Part shown: positions 56,135-64,000 of the stretch, piece by piece
How the letters are laid out: each line of letters opens with the position of its first letter
How positions within the stretch are numbered: position 1 is the stretch's first letter
From: Desulfomonilia bacterium
GTDB lineage: Bacteria; Desulfobacterota; Desulfomonilia; UBA1062
Assembly: GCA_963664325.2 (NCBI GenBank)
Contig: CAXXDQ010000003.1
Coordinates: 576,001 to 640,000, forward strand
Length of the DNA: 64,000 nt
Direction: 5' to 3'
Notes under the pieces: generated by a model
What the model was told of the DNA's origin: nothing
Seen by the model: the letters and a program-made list of their open reading frames with translations, nothing else
Databases searched by the model: none
Position numbers and translations under genes: made by a program

Positions 56135-57410
56135 ATTCTCTGATAAGCGCTTTTTTCCCTATATCCTTCCTGTAATGCATGCCTTCGAATCTTATGAGAC
56201 CGGCTGCCTTGTATGCTTTTTCCAGGGCCGATTTTATATCCGGCCCCAGGGACGTAACGCCGAGCACCCTGCCGCCTGATGTTGTAATTAGATCTCCCTG
56301 CCTTTTCGTACCTGCATGGAAGACCTTGACACCATCTATTGCATCGGCCTTTTCAATCCCGTGTATCGGGAGGCCCTTCTTATAGTCGCCGGGGTATCCG
56401 CCCGAGGCCATGACCACACAGACTGCCGTGCCCGGCTCCCATTCAAGTTTCACATCCCTTATGCTGCCGCCGCTGGCCACTTCCAGCATTAAGGGAACTA
56501 TATCGCTCTTGAGCCTCATCAGAAGAGGCTGTGTCTCCGGATCACCCATCCTGACATTGAATTCAAGTACATGAACGCCCTTGTCGGTTATCATGAGACC
56601 GGCATAAATGACGCCTTTATAGATTATGCCCTTTTTCTTCAATCCCCTGACCAGCGGGTAAAGGATTTTATCCATGACATCCGAAAACATTTTATCGTCC
56701 ATGACCGGAGCAGGTGAATAGGCTCCCATGCCTCCGGTATTGGGGCCGTCGTCATTGTCGAAAACCGGTTTGTGGTCCTGGGATGATGCAAGAGGAACTA
56801 TATTATCCCCGTCGCAAATTGCTATGAAGGACGCCTCTTCGCCGATGAGTTTTTCTTCCATTATGACGATGTCGCCTGCGTCCCCGTAGAGCTTGTCAAG
56901 CATCACCTCATCAAGGGCCCTGAAAGCCTCGTCGCGGTCGCAGGTTACGATGACGCCTTTGCCTGCCGCAAGTCCGTCGGCTTTTACCACGAGATCGAAA
57001 CATGCATTGCCGATATAGTCTCTTGCCGCGTTGTAATTGTTGAAAATGCCGTATTCAGCCGTCGGTATCCCGAACTCTTTCATGATGTCCTTTGAAAATG
57101 CCTTGGAGCCTTCAAGCTGAGCGGCCTTTTTGTCAGGTCCGAAAATCTTAAGCCCTTCTGATGCAAAGGCATCAACGATCCCCTCGGAAAGAGGGACTTC
57201 CGGGCCGACCACAGTCAGGCCGATATCGTTTGTCTTTGCAAATTTGATGAGCCCTGCAAAATCACTCACACCCAGGTCGACGCAGTTTGCATCAAAGTCG
57301 ATGCCGCCGTTTCCGGGTGCGCAGAAAACCGTATCCACAAGCTGGCTTCCGGCGATCTTCCAGCACAGTGCATGTTCTCTCCCTCCCGAGCCTATCACGA
57401 GAACCTTCAT
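56133..57410 (-). CDS. purD: Phosphoribosylamine-glycine ligase
   Basis: GSGGREHAL, LEGSKAF, KADGLAAGKGV, QDHK, GPNTGGMG. Confidence 0.97.
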   Translation of the reverse strand: MKVLVIGSGGREHALCWKIAGSQLVDTVFCAPGNGGIDFDANCVDLGVSDFAGLIKFAKTNDIGLTVVGPEVPLSEGIVDAFASEGLKIFGPDKKAAQLEGSKAFSKDIMKEFGIPTAEYGIFNNYNAARDYIGNACFDLVVKADGLAAGKGVIVTCDRDEAFRALDEVMLDKLYGDAGDIVIMEEKLIGEEASFIAICDGDNIVPLASSQDHKPVFDNDDGPNTGGMGAYSPAPVMDDKMFSDVMDKILYPLVRGLKKKGIIYKGVIYAGLMITDKGVHVLEFNVRMGDPETQPLLMRLKSDIVPLMLEVASGGSIRDVKLEWEPGTAVCVVMASGGYPGDYKKGLPIHGIEKADAIDGVKVFHAGTKRQGDLITTSGGRVLGVTSLGPDIKSALEKAYKAAGLIRFEGMHYRKDIGKKALIRE

Positions 57411-57436
57411 TCTTCATCCTCCGGATTCTTTATTAT

Positions 57437-57629
57437 GCAGGACGCCGGAACTTTGCATCTCTTTGATTCAGGCCATAAATGGCCTTCACCCTTCGGGCGC
57501 ATCTTCGATGCGTCAATTTTCGTGAAACGAAAATTTGTCGCGCCTCGTGGAAACGCTGCAGCGTACGTTCAAGTACGCTTCGCATTTCCGCTTCGTCACT
57601 CCTCGATCTGCTTTGTTCCGAAGCCCTGC
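57437..57629 (+). repeat. Palindromic intergenic element, copy 6 (long form)
   Basis: gcaggacgccggaac...gttccgaagccctgc ends; extra module at 57465-57539; agcgtac-N6-gtacgct hairpin. Confidence 0.8.
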
Positions 57630-57810
57630 CTTATCGGTGAGTCAATCTTGTAATTATGTTTGTTGCATAGTGCTGAAAGCACTTTATCAGAATCACACCA
57701 GTTAAGGCTATACTAAAGCTGATATTTGGATATCCTAATGAACAGTAATAAAATAATCTGGTATCATGATATTCCTAAGAATGATCAATCACATCGGCAA
57801 ATTATAAATA

Positions 57811-57935
57811 TACAGGGTGTTATAACAAAGCAGGTCAAGGAGCGACGAAATCGAGTCATGAGGCATACTTTAATCGTATGCCGCAATGACTTCGATGAGG
57901 AGCAACGCAGAGATGCAAAATTATAACGCCATGTA
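57811..57935 (-). repeat. Palindromic intergenic element, copy 7 (reverse orientation)
   Basis: tacagggtgttataac...ggcatac-N7-gtatgcc...ttataacgccatgta. Confidence 0.8.
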
Positions 57936-57938
57936 ATA

Positions 57939-59510
57939 TTAATGGCGGAAATGACGCATCCCCGTAAATATCATGGCCATGTTGTGTTCATCGGCTGCCT
58001 GTATCACTTCTTCATCCCTGACCGAGCCTCCGGGCTGGACAACCGCTGTCGCGCCTGCATTCGCCGCCTCGTCGATGCCGTCCCTGAACGGGAAGAATGC
58101 GTCCGACGCCACGACCGAACCCTTGAGCGTCAGCCCGGCATTGCCGGCCTTGATTATAGCGAGCCTGGAAGAGTCGACCCTGCTCATCTGTCCGGCGCCG
58201 ACACCTATAAGCTGATCCTTTGAGGCATAGACAACGGCGTTTGACTTTACGAATTTGACGATGCGCCATGCAAACTGAAGCGCCTCGAGCTCTTCCGCAG
58301 CAGGCGGCCTTTTGGTTACGACCTTTGCATTTTTCAGGTCAACAATGCCGAGGTCCCGTTCCTGGAGCAGAAGCCCGCCGGTTACGCGCCTTGTGGAGGC
58401 CATCTGCTTTTTGGCGGCAGGTCCCGCAAGTATTTCGGGTACGTTCAAAAGCCTGATGTTCTTCTTTTCTTCGAGAATCTTCAAGGCCTCATCGGTATAG
58501 CCCGGTGCTACGACGACTTCGGTGAACACTTCGCCGATTGCCTTTGCGGTTTCCGCATCGACTATCCTGTTCAGCCCCACTATGCCGCCGAAAGCGCTGA
58601 CGTTATCGACGGCGAATGCATTTCTGTAAGCTTCGGCAAGAGAAGAATCCGACTGGGCGGCGCCGCAAGGGTTGGAATGCTTCAGGATAACGCAGGCCGG
58701 CTTGTCGAAGTCCATGATCATGTCGAGAGCGGCATCCGAATCCATGATATTGTTGTATGAGAGCTCCTTGCCCCAGAGCTGTTCGGCTGTTGCAATGGAA
58801 GGCTGATTGATGGCGGTCTCTGCATAAAAAGCTGCCTTCTGATGAGGGTTTTCACCGTACCTTAAAAGCTGTCTGCGATTAAACTGGACGGTGTATGTAA
58901 GCGGGAACTGGCCTTCTTCTACATCTATGCCCTGAAGATAATTTGAAATGGCCGCATCATAGCGGGCCGTTAATGAAAACGCCTTTCTGGCGAGGTTGAA
59001 ATTCGTCCTGGTGCTGATGCCGCCTCCCGAGGCCGTCATTTCTTCGATAATCGATGCATAGTCCGCAGGGTCTGTGACCACGCTTACAAACTCATAATTT
59101 TTTGAGGCGGCGCGAAGCATTGCCGGGCCGCCGATATCTATATTTTCTATCGCCTCATGCATCTGTGCACCCTTGGCGACCGTGTCCTCAAAACGATAGA
59201 GGTTTACAACGAGCATATCAATCGGTTTTATGCCGTGCTCTTTCATTGAAGCCGCATGTCCTGGGTTGTTTCTGAGTGCAAGCATGCCGCCGTGAACCTT
59301 GGGATGCAGGGTCTTCAGCCTGCCGTCCATCATCTCCGGAAAACCGGTAAAGTCTGATATGTCGATTACAGTAAGCCCGTTTTCCCTGAGCATTTTTGCA
59401 GTCCCTCCGGTTGAGATTATTTCCACGCCGAAAGATGCAAGATCCTTTGCAAAAGCGGCGATTCCCGCCTTGTCTGTAACGCTTATCAGTACCCTTTCAA
59501 TTTTTGGCAT
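57939..59510 (-). CDS. purH: Bifunctional AICAR transformylase/IMP cyclohydrolase
   Basis: [48 protein letters not shown]. Confidence 0.97.
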   Translation of the reverse strand: MPKIERVLISVTDKAGIAAFAKDLASFGVEIISTGGTAKMLRENGLTVIDISDFTGFPEMMDGRLKTLHPKVHGGMLALRNNPGHAASMKEHGIKPIDMLVVNLYRFEDTVAKGAQMHEAIENIDIGGPAMLRAASKNYEFVSVVTDPADYASIIEEMTASGGGISTRTNFNLARKAFSLTARYDAAISNYLQGIDVEEGQFPLTYTVQFNRRQLLRYGENPHQKAAFYAETAINQPSIATAEQLWGKELSYNNIMDSDAALDMIMDFDKPACVILKHSNPCGAAQSDSSLAEAYRNAFAVDNVSAFGGIVGLNRIVDAETAKAIGEVFTEVVVAPGYTDEALKILEEKKNIRLLNVPEILAGPAAKKQMASTRRVTGGLLLQERDLGIVDLKNAKVVTKRPPAAEELEALQFAWRIVKFVKSNAVVYASKDQLIGVGAGQMSRVDSSRLAIIKAGNAGLTLKGSVVASDAFFPFRDGIDEAANAGATAVVQPGGSVRDEEVIQAADEHNMAMIFTGMRHFRH

Positions 59511-59549
59511 TATAACTCCTTATATTTTGGTTTGCGGCGGTGTTTATCA

Positions 59550-60146
59550 TCAGTTCAGGGTTGTATCGCCGGATTTGTCTGCGCCCACATAATACCATGC
59601 AAAGACAGGGACGATCATTTTGAAAAGTCCCTTGTCCACCTGGCTTATGTACTTGAGCTGTTCCGAGATATCCTTACCGTCGATCTCTCCTGAAACAAGA
59701 CCCTCACTCAAAATGGAAATTCTCTGCAGGAGGTCTTCCCTGAGGGCTGCATCTTCTATCTTGTTTATTATATATCTGCCCAGCTCATAAAACGCGGTTT
59801 CAATATCCATCATTCCCAGGACGTTGTAGTATTCGCTTTCAAGCTCGTCCATCATGGCTATCAGGTACGATTTCCCGTCCTCAAGCCCGAGCCTGTAGGT
59901 GTCCTCGAACATAACCTTGTCCGATCCGTCAATAAAGGGGGTGGCAAAATCGATTGCGGAAAATTCCCTGACATAGGGGTGATTTTCGCCAAACACCGTT
60001 GATATTTTTTTCTTGGTGTCTTCTCTCCACTTGATGGCCGATTTTTTTTCAACCCTGGGGCTTTCAAGAAGCTTGTCAAGATTGTGCATCAGCTCTTCCA
60101 TAAAGTCGATGATTTCTTCCATGGGGTATATTGTCTTCATAGCCAT
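59550..60146 (-). CDS. Hypothetical protein
   Basis: 198-aa ORF co-oriented with purH; no recognised motif. Confidence 0.6.
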   Translation of the reverse strand: MAMKTIYPMEEIIDFMEELMHNLDKLLESPRVEKKSAIKWREDTKKKISTVFGENHPYVREFSAIDFATPFIDGSDKVMFEDTYRLGLEDGKSYLIAMMDELESEYYNVLGMMDIETAFYELGRYIINKIEDAALREDLLQRISILSEGLVSGEIDGKDISEQLKYISQVDKGLFKMIVPVFAWYYVGADKSGDTTLN

Positions 60147-60218
60147 TATCTATACACAGCAATAATGTTGGCGGTCAAGACTGTTCATTATATCTCCATT
60201 ATGGTACATTGTTTCGCT

Positions 60219-60878
60219 ATGGATGAGTTGGCAAGCAGAGAAAAGCTGGCATGCCTTGTAAACACCAAACTGGTGAGCAGGACAAGAAAAGAGATTTTTG
60301 TTAAAGGACTTAAACCTGCAGCCGTGCTCGTGCCTGTTTGTTTTATTGATGGCAAGCCTCAGATTATACTTACGAAACGCTCAATGAGAGTCGAGCATCA
60401 CAAGGGGGAGATTTCCTTTCCCGGCGGGCATGCGGAACCCGGCGACGCATCGCCTGTCGAGACTGCACTCAGGGAGGCCGAGGAGGAAATAGGCCTCAAA
60501 CCTGATGATGTTGAAATTTTAGGGCTGCTTGATGATTATATTACAATATCCGACTTTCATATTACCCCTGTGTTAGGAATTGTCCCCTGGCCTTATGACC
60601 TGAGAATAAACAGCGAATCTGAAACGTTGTTTTTTTTACCCCTTTCCGATGTGCTTTCCGATACTGCATGGATGTTGGAAAGGACCTCGATTAAAGGCCA
60701 CGGATTCGAGCTTTTCTGCCTTGAAACCCCTGATGGTGTTATATGGGGCGCCACTGCAAAAATTCTGCGCCAGTTTGCCGAAGTCCTGTTGGGCCGGGAA
60801 CCGGCAACCAGACCCATGACGGAAACGGCCAAGCAATGGATACTTTCTGTCGTCGCCTCGCAGGAGGCGTATAAATGA
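60219..60878 (+). CDS. CoA pyrophosphatase (Nudix family)
   Basis: AAVLVP, LTKRS...HKGEISFPGG, TALREAEEEIG, IWGATA. Confidence 0.9.
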   Translation: MDELASREKLACLVNTKLVSRTRKEIFVKGLKPAAVLVPVCFIDGKPQIILTKRSMRVEHHKGEISFPGGHAEPGDASPVETALREAEEEIGLKPDDVEILGLLDDYITISDFHITPVLGIVPWPYDLRINSESETLFFLPLSDVLSDTAWMLERTSIKGHGFELFCLETPDGVIWGATAKILRQFAEVLLGREPATRPMTETAKQWILSVVASQEAYK

Positions 60879-61107
60879 TGAAACCGTTCACATATACATA
60901 TAAAATTGTGTTTTGCTCCTGATGTTTCCCGCAGACGTTCTTTCTGAAAGGAATGGTTTCATCCGCCTCTGGTAAAATAATCCTGCCTGCCGGAACAGGT
61001 AATGTAAATCAGGCCGGGCAAAATATGAATTATAAAAGACCGCATCCGCCAGGGAGAATAACAGGCGGGATTAACGAGACCCGGCTGCTGAATCCCTGCT
61101 GATAATG

Positions 61108-62001
61108 TCAGTTTGAAAATTTCAGGCCGGTAAGCCCCTCATAGGCCTCGATGTATTTTTCACGGGTCTTTAAAATGATTTCCTCAGGCAGTTTCGGCCC
61201 CGGCGCCTTTTTTCCCCAGTCGAGTGTCTCGAGATAGTCACGGACAAACTGTTTGTCGAAGCTCGGCTGGGATTTTCCGGGCTCATACCTGTCAAGCGGC
61301 CAGAAACGGGACGAGTCGGGTGTAAGCACCTCATCGATAAGTATAAGTTCTCCATTTCTGATTCCGAATTCGAACTTGGTATCGGCGATGATGATCCCCT
61401 TTTTCAAGGCCTCATCAGAAGCTGTTTTGTATACCTTCAATGAGACATCTTTCACCTTATCGAATGTTTCTCTGCCGACAAGTCCTGCAGCCATTTCCTC
61501 GGAAATGTTTTCGTCATGCTGGCCGATCTCGGCTTTTGTTGAAGGAGTGAAAATAGCTTCGGGAAGCTTATCGGATTCCCTTAATGAAGATGGGAGACTT
61601 ATCCCGGATATCGAACCTTTTTCCTTGAACTCTTTCCAGCCGGAGCCTGAGATGTAGCCCCTGACAATGCATTCGATTGCAAGGGGTTTGGCCTTTATAA
61701 CCAGCATCGAACGGTCCTTGAGCCGGACATCACCTTTGAAAGGAGCCGGATATGCATTTATATCAGAGCTGATTACGTGGTTTTTGACAATGGCTTTCAT
61801 TTTATCAAACCACCAGAGCGAAATGCGGTTGAGAACGGCCCCTTTATCCGGGATCGGATCGGGCATGACGACATCAAAGGCCGAGAGCCTGTCCGTAGTA
61901 ACCATCAGGAGATGGTTGTCGTCCACATCGAAGATCTCCCTGACTTTACCGCTTGATATTTTCCTGCCCCCGGAAATCTCATAATTTGATAAAGCAGCCA
62001 T
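61108..62001 (-). CDS. purC: SAICAR synthetase
   Basis: [47 protein letters not shown]; aaggagg RBS before ATG at 62001. Confidence 0.97.
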   Translation of the reverse strand: MAALSNYEISGGRKISSGKVREIFDVDDNHLLMVTTDRLSAFDVVMPDPIPDKGAVLNRISLWWFDKMKAIVKNHVISSDINAYPAPFKGDVRLKDRSMLVIKAKPLAIECIVRGYISGSGWKEFKEKGSISGISLPSSLRESDKLPEAIFTPSTKAEIGQHDENISEEMAAGLVGRETFDKVKDVSLKVYKTASDEALKKGIIIADTKFEFGIRNGELILIDEVLTPDSSRFWPLDRYEPGKSQPSFDKQFVRDYLETLDWGKKAPGPKLPEEIILKTREKYIEAYEGLTGLKFSN

Positions 62002-62115
62002 AATATCCTCCTTGTGGAATAGAGCGTTAAGTTGCCAAAAAAGTATTGAAAAAGTCAAGAGCGTATTATATGACTTGGCATCTCCCAAAGACGTCTTTGA
62101 TAGGATTTGTTGACT

Positions 62116-63498
62116 ATGGCTGAAGAAAACATGCCAGAGATGTGCGGTTCCCTTGCCTATAGGTGTATAGGCTGCGGGAGCAATTACGACATCTATGATT
62201 TTATTTATACCTGTCCCAGATGCAATTCGCTGCTGATAATCGAAAATACCGAATTTGATAAGCTGAAAAAAACCTCACCCGGCAAATGGCAGGAAATATT
62301 CGATGCGCGAAGGGCTACAAACATAAACAACCTTTCCGGGATATTCAGATTTCATGAGCTTATACTGCCGATTATCCCCGTTGAGGACATTATCTACCTC
62401 GGGGAAGGAAATACTGCGATTGTCAGGGCCAATCCGGAACTGTCGGACTGGGTAGGAGCCCCGTTCCTGGTAAAGAATGACGGATTCAACCCGTCCGCAA
62501 GCTTCAAGGACCGCGGCATGGCTTCTGCAATAAGCTATCTGAACCATGTCATCAGGGTTAAGAACCTGGATAATGTGCTTGGCATATGCGCTTCCACCGG
62601 TGATACATCAGCGGCTGCCGCCCTTTATTTGAGCTATCTGCCGAAGGATAAGGTAAAGACCGTAGTGCTTCTGCCAAAGGGAAAGGTAACCAGCCAGCAG
62701 CTTTCTCAACCTCTCGGCTCCGGTGCGACGGTCATTGAGCTGCCGGGCGTCTTTGATGACTGCATGCGCGTTGTCGAGAGGCTTGCGCAGGACTATAAGG
62801 TGTTCCTGCTGAACTCCAAAAACCCGGTAAGGATACTGGGCCAGAAATCATACGCCTTTGAAGTGGCTCAGCAGATGAGGTGGCAGGCAGGTAATCTTGC
62901 CGTGGTCGTGCCGATAGGGAATGCAGGCAATGTGACCGCTGTTATGGAAGGTTTCCTTGACCTGTTAAATCTGGGCATTATTGAAGAACTGCCGATAATC
63001 CTCGGTGTGCAGAGTCATCATGCCGACCCTGTTGTGAAATGGCAGGAAAACGGCGAGTTTCACCCGATGAAGGTAACTCCTTCAGTCGCGCAGGCCGCCA
63101 TGATAGGCGATCCTGTAAGTTTTCCCAAGGTCAAAAGGCTCGTTGAAGGTCCCTTCAAGGGAAAATTCATGGCAATTACCGTAACCGAGACCGAAATCAT
63201 GGAAGGCATGCTGAAATCCAACAGGCATGGACACGTGGTCTGCACACAGGGCGGCGAATCGGTAGCAGGCCTTAAAAAGGCCATAAAGAACGGTATGCTC
63301 AGGAGGAACATGGGTTTTGTTGTGGATTCGACCTCGCATCAGCTCAAGTTCTCGGGTTTTCAGCAGATGTATTTCGATGACAGTTTCATCCCGGAATACG
63401 GGGTTGCTGTGAGTGATGAATACAAAAATACTCCCGTAGGGCTTGAACTTGATCCCATAAAAGTTGCAGAGTATCTTGGCCTCCAGAAAAAAGGCTAG
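62116..63498 (+). CDS. thrC: Threonine synthase
   Basis: N-terminal CxxC...CxxC; [17 protein letters not shown] (PLP lysine), [16 protein letters not shown]. Confidence 0.9.
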   Translation: MAEENMPEMCGSLAYRCIGCGSNYDIYDFIYTCPRCNSLLIIENTEFDKLKKTSPGKWQEIFDARRATNINNLSGIFRFHELILPIIPVEDIIYLGEGNTAIVRANPELSDWVGAPFLVKNDGFNPSASFKDRGMASAISYLNHVIRVKNLDNVLGICASTGDTSAAAALYLSYLPKDKVKTVVLLPKGKVTSQQLSQPLGSGATVIELPGVFDDCMRVVERLAQDYKVFLLNSKNPVRILGQKSYAFEVAQQMRWQAGNLAVVVPIGNAGNVTAVMEGFLDLLNLGIIEELPIILGVQSHHADPVVKWQENGEFHPMKVTPSVAQAAMIGDPVSFPKVKRLVEGPFKGKFMAITVTETEIMEGMLKSNRHGHVVCTQGGESVAGLKKAIKNGMLRRNMGFVVDSTSHQLKFSGFQQMYFDDSFIPEYGVAVSDEYKNTPVGLELDPIKVAEYLGLQKKG

Positions 63499-63539
63499 GA
63501 ATCAACACTGAATAAACAGAGATATCAAGGAGGAAACGA

Positions 63540-64000
63540 ATGGTAAAAGACTTTTTATTTTCTTCGGAATCAGTCACGGAAGGCCACCCGGATAAGGTCT
63601 CCGATCACATTTCGGATGGGATTCTTGACGAAATACTGGCACACGACACCAAGGCGCGCGTTGCATGTGAAACCCTCGTGACAACAGGACTCGTAGTCGT
63701 TGCGGGTGAGATAACTACAAATCATTATTTTGATGTCCAGCGCGTAGCCAGACAGACGATAAAAGAAATAGGCTACACGGACAGCGGTATGGGCTTTTCC
63801 TGGGACACCTGCGGTGTAATGGTTACCCTGGACAAGCAATCGCCCGACATAGCACAGGGCGTCAACGAAGGAGAAGGCCTGTTCGCAGAGCAGGGAGCAG
63901 GAGATCAGGGTATGATGTTCGGTTTCGCATGCGATGATACGCCTACGCTCATGCCGGCTCCAATATACTATGCACAGGGGCTTTCAAAAAGACTTGCGGA
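63540..64000 (+). CDS. metK: S-adenosylmethionine synthetase (partial, runs off the window)
   Basis: Not in the ORF track; aaggagg RBS; [26 protein letters not shown]...ARVACE...QSPDIAQGV...[10 protein letters not shown]. Confidence 0.97.
   Translation, partial: MVKDFLFSSESVTEGHPDKVSDHISDGILDEILAHDTKARVACETLVTTGLVVVAGEITTNHYFDVQRVARQTIKEIGYTDSGMGFSWDTCGVMVTLDKQSPDIAQGVNEGEGLFAEQGAGDQGMMFGFACDDTPTLMPAPIYYAQGLSKRLA

Noticed and set aside
57411-57938. Purine/ZTP riboswitch or attenuator between purH and purD
   Set aside because: The structure is explained by two copies of the dispersed palindromic element also found next to unrelated genes.
63499-63539. SAM riboswitch upstream of metK
   Set aside because: Only about 40 bp separate thrC and metK, containing little more than the RBS.

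Overview
64 kb chromosomal window from an anaerobic diderm bacterium. Gene content (corrinoid methyltransferase cluster, crotonases, PilZ protein, TolC/RND pump) suggests Desulfobacterota/Deltaproteobacteria; this is inference. (1) 0.1-11.5 kb is a decaying tandem array of lipoproteins. They share a lipobox-C-I/V-I/V-S-x-S/T-P start and an Ig-like N-domain with a hypervariable loop, fused to different C-terminal modules (beta-propeller, 24-aa LRR/receptor-L solenoid, or none). The array also holds a C45 Ntn-hydrolase and several gene remnants; an eighth family member lies at 34.8-36.5 kb. (2) 11.7-18.2 kb is a cobalamin-dependent methyltransferase cluster (3 UroD/MtaA-like paralogs, corrinoid protein, RACo activator, MetH-activation-like protein). 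(3) 18.4-29.3 kb holds a crotonase, an AT-rich islet with vapBC, a His-rich protein, a Tat-exported flavodoxin-ferredoxin, a VOC protein and an RND efflux system. (4) tRNA-Ala(GGC), yebC-ruvCAB, a nucleotidase and an epimerase follow. (5) 34.5-39.8 kb is an accessory islet (two lipoproteins, caspase pseudogene, hypothetical gene). (6) Fatty-acid/acyl-CoA genes and an uncharacterised LacI-linked sugar oxidoreductase operon come next. (7) The window ends with hisF, tsaC, purE, purD, purH, purC, thrC and a partial metK. Seven copies of a modular palindromic intergenic element with covarying stems sit next to gene boundaries and appear to bookend accessory DNA. A different palindromic element is inserted in-frame in a flavoprotein gene. 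No transposase, integrase, reverse transcriptase or CRISPR array was recognised. All family assignments are from motif recognition by eye; no database search was run.
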